From Candidatus Kuenenia stuttgartensis (GTDB taxonomy: Bacteria; Planctomycetota; Brocadiia; Brocadiales; Brocadiaceae): a stretch of 32,000 nucleotides of DNA. The translations under genes and the position numbers were made by a program. This document shows positions 18,106 to 27,294 of the stretch, in pieces. The stretch is from contig NZ_LT934425.1 of NCBI RefSeq assembly GCF_900232105.1, forward strand, positions 2,640,001-2,672,000. Reading direction: 5' to 3'. The notes beneath the pieces were generated by a model, which was given only the letters and a program-made list of their open reading frames with translations, did not search any database and had not been told where the DNA came from. Every line of letters starts with the position of its first letter. Within the stretch, counting starts at the first letter, position 1.

Positions 18106-18313
18106 TATGCGGTTTGTACTTAAGAGATTGGGTTTTAATAAGATTAGAAGCCAAAAACATGAGACATGGGAAAGAATTACGGATGCGGGGACCGTATTAC
18201 AGGTAAGATTAAGCCACAAAGGTAAACGAGATATATCTAAAGGGACCTTTAATGAGATGTTAAAACAAGCAGGTATTGATAAAAAAATGTTCAGAGATTT
18301 ACTAAAAAAATAA
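18083..18313 (+). CDS. hicA: HicA-like mRNA interferase toxin
   Basis: Small basic protein VLKRLGFNKIRSQKHETWERI...VRLSHKGKRDISKGTFNEMLKQAGIDKKMFRDLL, with the His-containing strand and C-terminal helix of HicA/YcfA proteins. Confidence 0.75.
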   Translation: MAIYTYDDMRFVLKRLGFNKIRSQKHETWERITDAGTVLQVRLSHKGKRDISKGTFNEMLKQAGIDKKMFRDLLKK

Positions 18314-18411
18314 TACAAAAAGGAAAATATACCATACTAAAGAAAATATGCATGAATATTGTGCCTATTTTCTGTGACGGCAGGTTTCTCCTGTTGCCTG
18401 AGCGTGAGAGA

Positions 18412-18435
18412 CAGTCAGGAGGAAACTCCTGACTG
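18412..18435 (+). promoter_or_regulatory. 10-bp perfect hairpin with GAAA tetraloop
   Basis: CAGTCAGGAG-GAAA-CTCCTGACTG. A second hairpin, TTCAAATT-ACA-AATTTGAA, is at 18458-18476. Both lie between hicA and the next ORF. Confidence 0.6.
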
Positions 18436-18519
18436 CATGGGGGTATAAAATGTGGGGTTCAAATTACAAATTTGAATCCGCGATAATCCGGATTTAAATG
18501 CAGTATTGAGGTTTTATAC

Positions 18520-18807
18520 ATGGCGAAAAAAGGACAAACGTTTTTCTGCGAGATATGCAAGCAAAAGGTTGTTGTTGTTGACGGAGGTTTTGGGGTGCTT
18601 GTATGTTGCGGCAAGGAAATGACCCTGGTTGGGAAGAAAGATATGATGTCTGTCTGGACGTCTGCGCATAAGTCTCCTGAGGAGGGAAGCGGGGTGCACT
18701 TTATCTGCGGAATATGCGGACAAAAGATAAATGTGATTTACGAAACGACTGGGATATTGGAATGTTGCGGACAAAGAATGATGATGGAAGAGGTTTCAAA
18801 TGGATAG
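18520..18807 (+). CDS. Protein with two desulforedoxin/desulfoferrodoxin-N-like iron-binding domains
   Basis: CEICKQKVVVVDGGFGVLVCCGKEMTLV and CGICGQKINVIYETTGILECCGQRMMM: two CxxC...CCG modules. The 3' end overlaps the nuoH start. Confidence 0.85.
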   Translation: MAKKGQTFFCEICKQKVVVVDGGFGVLVCCGKEMTLVGKKDMMSVWTSAHKSPEEGSGVHFICGICGQKINVIYETTGILECCGQRMMMEEVSNG

Positions 18808-19798
18808 AAAGCTACTCATTTTTCTTATCATTGCATCCGTTAAGATTTTCATTGTCTTTAATGTAGTGCAACTAATGATTGTCTCAATGATCTGGTTTGA
18901 ACGAAAGATATTGGCGCACATGCAGGTGCGTCTCGGCCCGATGCGCGTAGGATTCCATGGTATACTGCAGCCTATTGCAGACGGCATAAAGCTTTTGTTT
19001 AAAGAAGATATTATTCCCGCGAAGGCGGAAAAAATACTTTTTGTGCTGGCGCCGGTAATGACTTTGATCCCCGCGTTGTGTACGTTTGCCGTTATTCCCT
19101 TTGGAGGGGTAATCAATGTATTTGGACATCGTATAGATATGGTCATTACCGATATTAATGTGGGAATCCTTTATATTTTAGCGGTTTCTTCAATGGGTAT
19201 TTATGGCATTGTTATGGCAGGCTGGTCATCGAATAATAAATATTCGTTGTTAGGGGGGATACGTTCCTCCGCTCAGATGATAAGTTACGAGTTAACTATA
19301 GGCCTTTCTCTCATTGGGGTTATCATGATGACCGGATCGTTGAGTATGGTGGATATTGTGAATGCCCAATCAAAAATGTGGAATCTTGTTTGGCAGCCTT
19401 TAGGTTTTCTCATCTATTTGATAAGCGCTATAGCAGAAGTAAACCGGTGCCCCTTTGATATCCCGGAGGCGGAGACAGAGCTTGTGGCAGGTTACCATAC
19501 GGAATACAGCAGTATGAAGTTTTCCATGTTTTTTATGGCGGAATACGCAAATATGATAACAGTGTCTGCCATTGCGGTAACATTTTTTCTCGGCGGCTGG
19601 CATGGGCCGTTTTTGCCGGGGGTTGTTTGGTTTATGCTGAAATTGTCCTTCTGCCTTTTTGGTTTTATCTGGCTGAGGGCAACATTCCCAAGGCTTCGTT
19701 ATGACCAGTTGATGCATTTTGGGTGGAAATTTCTGCTGCCACTTTCATTGTTTAATATTTTAGTAACAGGACTTATCATGGTTATTCGAGGACTATGA
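18800..19798 (+). CDS. nuoH: NADH-quinone oxidoreductase subunit H
   Basis: ERKILAHMQVRLGPMRVG, AEVNRCPFDIPEAETELVAGYHTEYSSMKF and RATFPRLRYDQLM motifs. Confidence 0.98.
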   Translation: MDRKLLIFLIIASVKIFIVFNVVQLMIVSMIWFERKILAHMQVRLGPMRVGFHGILQPIADGIKLLFKEDIIPAKAEKILFVLAPVMTLIPALCTFAVIPFGGVINVFGHRIDMVITDINVGILYILAVSSMGIYGIVMAGWSSNNKYSLLGGIRSSAQMISYELTIGLSLIGVIMMTGSLSMVDIVNAQSKMWNLVWQPLGFLIYLISAIAEVNRCPFDIPEAETELVAGYHTEYSSMKFSMFFMAEYANMITVSAIAVTFFLGGWHGPFLPGVVWFMLKLSFCLFGFIWLRATFPRLRYDQLMHFGWKFLLPLSLFNILVTGLIMVIRGL

Positions 19799-20214
19799 TT
19801 TTACCGTTAGTGAAAGGTCTATTACTTACGTTAAAACGGTTTTTGAATCCGTTTACGTGTGTCACCGAAAGCTATCCTGATGCGAGGCCAAGGCTTGCCA
19901 AAAGATTCAGGGGATTGCCGGAACTGCAAATCGGTGAAGATGGGCGCGAAAAATGTGTTGCGTGCGGACTGTGCGCCAAAGTATGCCCTTCTCAGTGTAT
20001 TTCCATAGAGGGTGCAGAGGATGAACAATTCAGAAGGTATCCGTCGATGTATGAACTGGATTCTTTCCGGTGTATATTTTGCGGTTTTTGCGAAGAGGCA
20101 TGCCCTGAAAGGGCCATTCTTCTCGGGGACGTTTTTGAACTCGCCACTGACAAGAATAGCGGCGTTTTAGATAAAGAAAAATTACTGGAATCTGCCAGAA
20201 AAAGAAAATTATAG
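19795..20214 (+). CDS. nuoI: NADH-quinone oxidoreductase subunit I
   Basis: Two [4Fe-4S] motifs: CVACGLCAKVCP and CIFCGFCEEACP. Confidence 0.96.
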   Translation: MILPLVKGLLLTLKRFLNPFTCVTESYPDARPRLAKRFRGLPELQIGEDGREKCVACGLCAKVCPSQCISIEGAEDEQFRRYPSMYELDSFRCIFCGFCEEACPERAILLGDVFELATDKNSGVLDKEKLLESARKRKL

Positions 20215-20232
20215 CATGGTAATTAAACTATA

Positions 20233-20742
20233 ATGGAACCATATTTATTTTATGTAATGGCGGCGACTTCTGTAGTTGCGGCGCTCTACCTTATATTTGA
20301 GAAAAACCCTATATACTGCGCTTTATATCTGGTTTTTTCCTTTTTGAATATAGCGGTGCTGTATGTTTTGCTTGAGGCGCAGTTTATTGCCGCAGTGCAG
20401 ATAATCGTATATACAGGGGCGATTATGGTCCTCTTCCTCTTTGTCATCATGTTATTAATGACGAACAGTGAACAAAAGCAGAAAGATGGCCTGCCTTTTC
20501 AGCGGATACCGGCAATGGTTCTGGGTCTCGTATTGCTTATTATTATGGGGTTGACGATCAAATCAAAGCTATTCCAGGGCAGGGAAGGGATTTATACTTC
20601 CGCAAAGGTCGAAAGCATAGGGCATACACAATTAGTTGGCAAACTATTATTCACCGATTACCTTTTGCCGTTTGAAATGACCTCTGTTTTATTATTTGTG
20701 GCCGTTATCGGGGCTATTATATTAGCGAAAAGGAAACAGTAA
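20233..20742 (+). CDS. nuoJ: NADH-quinone oxidoreductase subunit J
   Basis: [49 protein letters not shown]. Confidence 0.97.
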   Translation: MEPYLFYVMAATSVVAALYLIFEKNPIYCALYLVFSFLNIAVLYVLLEAQFIAAVQIIVYTGAIMVLFLFVIMLLMTNSEQKQKDGLPFQRIPAMVLGLVLLIIMGLTIKSKLFQGREGIYTSAKVESIGHTQLVGKLLFTDYLLPFEMTSVLLFVAVIGAIILAKRKQ

Positions 20743-20743
20743 T

Positions 20744-21046
20744 ATGATTACGCTGACTCATTATTTAATTTTGAGCGCTATATTGTTTTCAATCGGGGTT
20801 GTCGGAGTACTTATAAGGAGAAACGCAATCATAATCTTTATGTGCATAGAGCTTATGCTGAATGCGGTAAATCTGTCGTTTGTGGCATTTGCCCATTATC
20901 TGCACTCTATGGAAGGGCAGATGTTTGTATTTTTTTCCATGACGGTTGCCGCTGCTGAAGCAACGGTTGGTTTGGCCATAATTATTGCAATATTCAGGAA
21001 CAAAGAAACCGTTGATGTCGATGACATGAATATCATGAAGTGGTAG
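20744..21046 (+). CDS. nuoK: NADH-quinone oxidoreductase subunit K
   Basis: [37 protein letters not shown]. Confidence 0.97.
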   Translation: MITLTHYLILSAILFSIGVVGVLIRRNAIIIFMCIELMLNAVNLSFVAFAHYLHSMEGQMFVFFSMTVAAAEATVGLAIIIAIFRNKETVDVDDMNIMKW

Positions 21047-21053
21047 GGGGCCT

Positions 21054-22982
21054 ATGCTTAATCTGGTTGCATTCATTTTGTTATTTCCCTTAATTGGTTC
21101 CGCAATTAACGGGTTTTTCGGCAGACGATTGCGTAAAGAATCGGTAGGATATATCGCCTGCGGGGCAACAGGCCTGTCCTTTTTCATTTCCGTAATTGTT
21201 TTCTGCGGACTTCTTTTCTTACCGCCGGAAGAACGTCTTTTTGAAAAACACCTGTTCGGTTGGATTCAATCCGGATCATTCAATGCAACAGCCGGGTTTC
21301 AGGTAGACCCTTTGTCCGCCCTGATGATTCTTATTGTGACTGGTGTTGGATTCCTGATTCACATCTATTCGATAGGGTACATGCATGAAGACAAGGGATA
21401 TCACCGCTATTTCAGTTACCTTAACTTATTTACCTTTTCAATGCTATTGCTTGTACTGAGCAACAATTTCCTCCTCATGTTTGTTGGTTGGGAGGCGGTT
21501 GGGCTATGCTCTTACCTCCTTATCGGATTCTGGTTTGAGAAGAAATCCGCTTCTGATGCAGCGAAAAAGGCATTTGTCGTTAACCGCATAGGGGATTTTG
21601 GCTTTGCATTGGGCATTATGCTCATCTTTCTGACGTTTCACAGCATTGATTTCACGGAGGTTTTTAGTGCGGCGTCTCACGGGAAATTTGCCATTGGGAA
21701 TATAACGATAACATTCATTACACTCCTCTTGTTTATGGGTGCGGCGGGAAAATCTGCGCAGATACCCTTATATACATGGCTGCCTGATGCAATGGAAGGC
21801 CCCACTCCGGTGAGCGCCCTTATACATGCAGCAACGATGGTAACGGCAGGTGTTTATATGGTTGCAAGGTGTAATGTTCTCTATATGTTGTCCCCTTTTA
21901 CCATGACCGTGGTTGCTTGTATAGGGGCTGCCACGGCGTTGTTTGCTGCTTCAATCGGGCTCATGCAAAACGATATCAAACGCGTTTTGGCGTATTCAAC
22001 GATCAGTCAGTTAGGTTATATGTTCCTTGCCTGCGGTGTTGGAGCGTTTACGGCAGGCGTTTTTCACCTTATGACGCATGCATTTTTTAAGGCGTTGTTG
22101 TTTCTCGGTTCTGGAAGTGTCATTCATGCCATGTCCGGCGAACAGGATATGAGAAAAATGGGTGGTTTGAAAAACCACATTCCGGTTACCTATAAAACAT
22201 TTTTGATAGGCACAGTGGCTATTGCAGGTATTCCGCCTTTTGCGGGATTTTTCAGTAAGGATGAAATATTGCTGGAGGCGTTTGTACGGGGAAATATTAT
22301 TTATTGGTCTATAGGTGCTGTTGCAGCGTTTTTAACGGCATTTTATATGTTTCGCCTGTTGTTTATGACGTTTCATGGAGAATCACGTGTCGATCCTCAT
22401 GTGAAAGAACATTTGCACGAATCTCCCAGGAACATGACGACCCCTTTAATAATACTGGCAGGTCTTTCCATAATAGGCGGTTTTTTCGGGATACCTGGTG
22501 CAAGCGCCTTGAATCATTTTCTATCTCCAGTGTTCGGAGGACATGGTCATGGGGAAATGCACGGCTCTGAAGCAGGCGGACATCATGGCGGGGGGCTTCC
22601 CTATCTTATGATGGTGGTCTCAACCCTTATTGCTGTCGGGGGTATTTGGCTTGCATATCAAATGTATGTGAAAAAACAGGCACTTCCCAAAAAGCTGGCA
22701 GAACGGTTTGCGTTGCCTTATAAAGTCTTGTTAAACAAGTATTATATTGACGAAATATATGACGCCGTATTTGTCAACCCTGTGAAAAAGATCTCTGTTC
22801 AGTTATGGAAGCGGGTTGATGCGATGATGATTGACGGTTCAGTAAACGGAATTGCACGTTTCTTTGTCGGGATAAGCAATGTCTTTCGCCTCTTTCAAAC
22901 AGGTTATGTGCGTAATTACGCATTTTATATTGTGGTTGGATGTATTTTTATTCTCATACTGACGACGTGGTTAAATAAATGA
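21054..22982 (+). CDS. nuoL: NADH-quinone oxidoreductase subunit L
   Basis: FVGWEAVGLCSYLLIGFWF, LYTWLPDAMEGPTPVSALIHAATMVTAGVYM. Confidence 0.97.
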   Translation: MLNLVAFILLFPLIGSAINGFFGRRLRKESVGYIACGATGLSFFISVIVFCGLLFLPPEERLFEKHLFGWIQSGSFNATAGFQVDPLSALMILIVTGVGFLIHIYSIGYMHEDKGYHRYFSYLNLFTFSMLLLVLSNNFLLMFVGWEAVGLCSYLLIGFWFEKKSASDAAKKAFVVNRIGDFGFALGIMLIFLTFHSIDFTEVFSAASHGKFAIGNITITFITLLLFMGAAGKSAQIPLYTWLPDAMEGPTPVSALIHAATMVTAGVYMVARCNVLYMLSPFTMTVVACIGAATALFAASIGLMQNDIKRVLAYSTISQLGYMFLACGVGAFTAGVFHLMTHAFFKALLFLGSGSVIHAMSGEQDMRKMGGLKNHIPVTYKTFLIGTVAIAGIPPFAGFFSKDEILLEAFVRGNIIYWSIGAVAAFLTAFYMFRLLFMTFHGESRVDPHVKEHLHESPRNMTTPLIILAGLSIIGGFFGIPGASALNHFLSPVFGGHGHGEMHGSEAGGHHGGGLPYLMMVVSTLIAVGGIWLAYQMYVKKQALPKKLAERFALPYKVLLNKYYIDEIYDAVFVNPVKKISVQLWKRVDAMMIDGSVNGIARFFVGISNVFRLFQTGYVRNYAFYIVVGCIFILILTTWLNK

Positions 22983-23072
22983 GGTTTGTGGCAACAATTT
23001 CGTGCCGTGAAAAATTAAAAATGCCTGCTCCAAAGCTTCGGTTTGGGGCACAAGCCAATGTTTGACGGAAAT

Positions 23073-23090
23073 GTTTACGCTGAATAGTTA
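23073..23090. repeat. Terminal fragment related to the 9034-9160 MITE
   Basis: GTTTACGCTGAATAGTTA is an exact 18-nt match to the reverse complement of the MITE left end (TAACTATTCAGCGTAAAC). Confidence 0.6.
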
Positions 23091-23163
23091 GTGTGTAAGG
23101 CGGATTAGGGGTACATTTTGATTGTTAAACCCGTTCTTATACAAAAAAAAGGAAACAGAGAAA

Positions 23164-23414
23164 ATGAAATCTATATATAAAATTACCATTCCAAAACGTA
23201 TCACCGAAGGTGAAGAGCTTATAGTGATTCGCCGCCAGGAATATGATTAGCTAGTAAAACGTCTTGCTGAAGTTAAGGATGCTTTGGCTAAGATAAGGAA
23301 CAGGTACAGAAGCTTGTCTTGCTAATCCCGGAAGAGAGTATTAAAGAATACAAAAATGCTGCCCAAATAAGGAAGGCGTATATGAAGGCTACGAAAGATT
23401 TTCATCCGGCATAA
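23164..23414 (+). pseudogene. Decayed antitoxin ORF of a type II toxin-antitoxin pair
   Basis: MKSIYKITIPKRITEGEELIVIRRQEYD* LVKRLAEVKDALAKI..., then LLIPEESIKEYKNAAQIRKAYMKATKDFHPA* in a shifted frame. In-frame TAG at 23248-23250. Located immediately before a toxin-like ORF. Confidence 0.5.
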
Positions 23415-23417
23415 TAA

Positions 23418-23654
23418 ATGTTAATTCATAAAACTAAAGATTTTATTGAAGAATTAGCAGGATTGCCCGCTGAGATAGGAAAATTTTATAGAAAACAGTA
23501 GGCTATTTTCAAGAAAAATTGGCTCGATCAAAGATTGCATACAAAAAGGCTTAAGGAGTTTTCTGGAGTTTATTCTTTCTGGATTACCATCCGTTATCGG
23601 GCATTATTTTATTTCAGAGATGCAGAAGCAGTATTCTTTTCCGTAGGTCATTGA
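23418..23654 (+). pseudogene. RelE/ParE-like toxin with in-frame stop
   Basis: MLIHKTKDFIEELAGLPAEIGKFYRKQ*AIFKKNWLDQRLHTKRLKEFSGVYSFWITIRYRALFYFRDAEAVFFSVGH. TAG at 23499-23501. The RLHxKxL, W-I-T-xRYRAxF and G-H patterns are typical of RelE/ParE. Confidence 0.75.
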
Positions 23655-23714
23655 AAGGATATTTATAATGAGTAAATCTAAAAAGGGTTCGTATAATAAT
23701 ACCGGAATGTTCAA

Positions 23715-25298
23715 ATGAATTTGCCAATTCTTACATTAATTACTTTTCTTCCGATTGTTGGGGTTCTCTTAATCCTTTCATTCGATTCCCGGCATAAAGA
23801 GTTGATAAGGGTAACGTCCCTTCTTGTCTCTGTAGTCACATTTCTGATTTCTGTTCCGTTATATTTTGCCTTCGATGCGAACACGTACGATATGCAATTT
23901 GTCGAAAAATTGCGATGGATACCTTCATTTGGAGTTTCTTACCATCTTGGCATCGATGGAATCAGCCTTTTCATGGTGCTTTTGACGACCTTTATTACTC
24001 CCATTGCCATTTTTGCGTCATGGAATGTAAAACGTAACGTGAAGGAATACATGATTGCCATGCTGGTGCTTGAGACGGGTATGGTCGGAGTTTTTGTTTC
24101 TCTGGACGTATTTTTATTTTATGTGTTCTGGGAACTTATGCTGATACCCATGTATCTCATTATTGGTATCTGGGGTGGGCAGAGAAGGATTTATGCCGCA
24201 ATAAAGTTTTTTGTCTATACAATGGCAGGCAGCGTATTTATGCTGCTGGCGATAATCGGATTATTTTTCCTGAATCATAAAGCAACGGGAGAATATACGT
24301 TTAACCTGCTGGAATTTTATCGGCTGGATATTTCCTATGCCGTTCAGTTCTGGCTGTTTTTGGCATTTTTTCTGGCCTTTGCCATCAAAGTGCCAATGTT
24401 TCCCTTGCATACATGGCTGCCGGATGCCCATGTCGAAGCCCCGACTGCGGGGAGCGTCATCCTGGCGGGTGTTTTACTAAAAATGGGCACGTATGGATTT
24501 ATCAGATTTTGTCTGCCACTCTTCCCGGAGGTAAGCCACTCGTTTATCCCGGTTATTTCATGGATGGCCATCGTTGGCATTATCTACGGGGCGCTTGTTG
24601 CAATGGTACAGGACGACCTTAAGAAACTTGTAGCATATTCAAGCGTAAGCCATTTGGGGTTTGTTATGCTGGGCATATTTGCCTTTAATATTCAGGGCAT
24701 TGAAGGCGGCATTACGCAGATGATAAACCATGGACTGAGCACGGGTGCTCTGTTCCTTATTGTCGGGATGCTTTACGATAGAAGGCACACGCGTTTAATC
24801 TCTGACTATGGGGGATTGACGAAACAAATCCCCGTTTTTGCCATCCTGTTTATGATTGTTACGTTTTCTTCAATAGGCCTTCCCGGTTTAAACGGTTTTG
24901 TCGGCGAATTTCTGATCTTGGTGGGGGTGTTTAAATCACGCATTTTATACGCATCAATTGCTACTTCCGGAATAATCCTTGCCGCTATATACATGCTATG
25001 GATGTTTCAAAGGGTTATGTTTCACAATATTACCCATGAGGAGAATAAGACGTTGAAAGATGTGAGCAGCCGTGAATTGGCTATTATGATTCCCATTGTG
25101 CTGATGATATTCTGGATAGGCATTTATCCTAACTCATTTTTGAGAAAAATGGATAGTTCCGTAAAACATCTTCTGGAACAGGTGGAAAGGAAAGTGCCTG
25201 TTGTGTTTAATATGCAAAAACAGGAAACCCATGATACGCGGCATGGCAGGAGTATTCCTAAAATTGATATCGTTCCGGAGAACGAAACTGAATGGTAG
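23715..25298 (+). CDS. nuoM: NADH-quinone oxidoreductase subunit M
   Basis: VFWELMLIPMYLIIGIWGG, FPLHTWLPDAHVEAPTAGSVILAGVLLKMGTYG. Confidence 0.97.
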   Translation: MNLPILTLITFLPIVGVLLILSFDSRHKELIRVTSLLVSVVTFLISVPLYFAFDANTYDMQFVEKLRWIPSFGVSYHLGIDGISLFMVLLTTFITPIAIFASWNVKRNVKEYMIAMLVLETGMVGVFVSLDVFLFYVFWELMLIPMYLIIGIWGGQRRIYAAIKFFVYTMAGSVFMLLAIIGLFFLNHKATGEYTFNLLEFYRLDISYAVQFWLFLAFFLAFAIKVPMFPLHTWLPDAHVEAPTAGSVILAGVLLKMGTYGFIRFCLPLFPEVSHSFIPVISWMAIVGIIYGALVAMVQDDLKKLVAYSSVSHLGFVMLGIFAFNIQGIEGGITQMINHGLSTGALFLIVGMLYDRRHTRLISDYGGLTKQIPVFAILFMIVTFSSIGLPGLNGFVGEFLILVGVFKSRILYASIATSGIILAAIYMLWMFQRVMFHNITHEENKTLKDVSSRELAIMIPIVLMIFWIGIYPNSFLRKMDSSVKHLLEQVERKVPVVFNMQKQETHDTRHGRSIPKIDIVPENETEW

Positions 25299-25460
25299 CA
25301 GCGGGGCAACTTATCAATAAATTGAGGCAAACTACCCCATTTGCTTCCTATACTTTCGGCGAATACTGTATAATCGGCAACCGGCAATCTGCAGTTTGCA
25401 AATTACAGACGACAGAAATTATTACAAAAACCTTTTTTTATGAATTAAGGTGAGTTTTCC

Positions 25461-26924
25461 ATGCCAGGTATATCGATAATGACATTTAACATCTTAAGCA
25501 TCCTGCCGGTTCTCGTGCTTGCAGGTTTCGGGATGATAGTGTTGATGATGGATGTTTTTTCATCACGGAAAATGGGAGAAAAGAATTTTCTGGCGTATCT
25601 CTCTTTGATAGGAGTAGTAATAGCCGCTATTGTATCCAGAAGTTTTACCGGTACTACCCTCTTTTCTTTCTACAGCGTTTATACAATTGATAACTACGCC
25701 CTCTTTTTTCAATTTGTATTCCTGCTGTGCGCCGGACTCACCATCCTTATCTCCAAAAATTATGTTCAAAGAGAAAACATAAACCATGGGGAATATTATA
25801 CCCTGATATTGTTTTCCACCATTGGCATGATACTCATGGCCTCAGGTGCGGATTTGCTGAATATCTTTATCGGCCTGGAGATTATGTCGATAAGTATTTA
25901 TATCCTTGTCGGCATGAAACGGACAAGGCTCACGTCAAACGAGGCGTCATTAAAATATTTTTTGCTTGGGGCATTTTCAACCGGCTTTTTATTGTACGGT
26001 ATTGCAATGGTGTACGGCGCAACGGGTACGATAAACCTGCGGCAGATTGCCGTTTTTCTTGCGGGTAAAGGAAGTGTGGTAGACCCTCTTTTATTAGCCG
26101 GTATGGGACTGCTCATTGTAGGGATAGGGTTCAAGATTGCATCCGTACCCTTCCATGCATGGGTGCCTGATGTGTATGAAGGGGCGCCCACTGCGATAAC
26201 GGCATTTATGGCGATTGGGCCAAAGGCTGCAGGATTTGCCGCTTTTATGAGAATATTTTTTACCGCCTTTGGTCAGGCACACCATGATTGGGAAAAGGCT
26301 ATTTGGGTACTAGCGGTACTCACCATGACAACCGGCAACATTATTGCGTTAGCGCAGACAAACATTAAGCGCATGCTTGCCTATTCCAGCATTGCACATG
26401 CGGGATACCTTCTTATTGCTTTGGTAGCCGCAAACAATATGAGTGTATCGGCAGTGTTGTTTTATCTCCTGGCGTATTTGTTCATGAATATTGGCGCGTT
26501 TGCCGTTGTCATTGTAGTAAGCCAGAAGGAAGATAGTTTCCTGAAGATTAGCGATTTTAACGGTTTAGCCTTTAAGCATCCGAGGCTGGCAATTGCCATG
26601 ACGCTCTTTTTACTTTCCATGGCCGGAGTTCCGCCTACTGCCGGTTTTGTAGGAAAATTTTATATATTCAGTTCCGCCATAAAATCCGGCTACGTGTGGC
26701 TGGCCGTTATCGGAGTGATAAACAGTGCCATCGCCGTTTTTTATTATTTAAGGGTAACGGTAGCAATGTATATGCGCGACCCGGAAAGAGAATTTCAGCC
26801 ACTCACCCTTTCCCCCTTCATCTTTGTCGCAATAGTCATATCAATCATCGGCACTATCCAACTCGGTATCTTTCCCGCGAAAGTGCTCGAAATTGTCCGG
26901 CAGTCTGTTCTGATTTTAAGATAG
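25461..26924 (+). CDS. nuoN: NADH-quinone oxidoreductase subunit N
   Basis: FIGLEIMSISIYILVG, VPFHAWVPDVYEGAPTAITAFMAIGPKAAG, GVPPTAGFVGKFYIF. Confidence 0.97.
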   Translation: MPGISIMTFNILSILPVLVLAGFGMIVLMMDVFSSRKMGEKNFLAYLSLIGVVIAAIVSRSFTGTTLFSFYSVYTIDNYALFFQFVFLLCAGLTILISKNYVQRENINHGEYYTLILFSTIGMILMASGADLLNIFIGLEIMSISIYILVGMKRTRLTSNEASLKYFLLGAFSTGFLLYGIAMVYGATGTINLRQIAVFLAGKGSVVDPLLLAGMGLLIVGIGFKIASVPFHAWVPDVYEGAPTAITAFMAIGPKAAGFAAFMRIFFTAFGQAHHDWEKAIWVLAVLTMTTGNIIALAQTNIKRMLAYSSIAHAGYLLIALVAANNMSVSAVLFYLLAYLFMNIGAFAVVIVVSQKEDSFLKISDFNGLAFKHPRLAIAMTLFLLSMAGVPPTAGFVGKFYIFSSAIKSGYVWLAVIGVINSAIAVFYYLRVTVAMYMRDPEREFQPLTLSPFIFVAIVISIIGTIQLGIFPAKVLEIVRQSVLILR

Positions 26925-27079
26925 ATACTTTGCAACCGGCTGATCCGCATTAAAAACACTGCTACTGCAGAGATGGATAGTAGCACAGATTAAAAAATTC
27001 ACCATCGGTAGGGGGCGTTCCTTGTGGTTACCCATTACAATAGACCAATAAAGAAATAAATTCTGGCAAAGCATAAAAT

Positions 27080-27274
27080 TCAAAACAAATACAAGACATC
27101 CAACTTTCTTATCAAAATGGTGGCGTTATTGAATTCAGGGCAGAGTGGGCAGAGGAAGCGGAAATAGCCTTCGGAGCATTTATGAGGTATGGAGAGGACG
27201 TCAGCGATGAGTCGATCGATGGGGATATCGTTTCGTAATGAGCGCAAGAGTTGAGGGGAAAAGAGACTGGCCAT
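27080..27274 (-). pseudogene. Putative zinc-finger protein fragment downstream of the transposition ATPase relic
   Basis: IDRLIADVLSIPHKCSEGYFRFLCPLCPEFNNAT resembles the start of a CHC2/DnaG-like zinc finger. The sequence then diverges to a stop. Confidence 0.35.
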
Positions 27275-27294
27275 GGCAGACCTTCTTAAAAAGA

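Noticed and set aside
17767-18313. Possibility that the TA pair plus neighbours forms a new defence island
   Set aside because: Apart from the DpnI-like relic far upstream, no nuclease, sensor, effector or phage-related genes cluster here. The surrounding genes are complex I.
23668-23715. 16-codon ORF MSKSKKGSYNNTGMFK overlapping the nuoM start
   Set aside because: It could be a leader peptide or the 3' scrap of an inserted gene. Too short to call from sequence alone.
25727-26285. Several out-of-frame ORFs inside nuoN (for example 25727-26068 and 25898-26191)
   Set aside because: Alternative-frame ORFs within a clearly conserved nuoN coding sequence.
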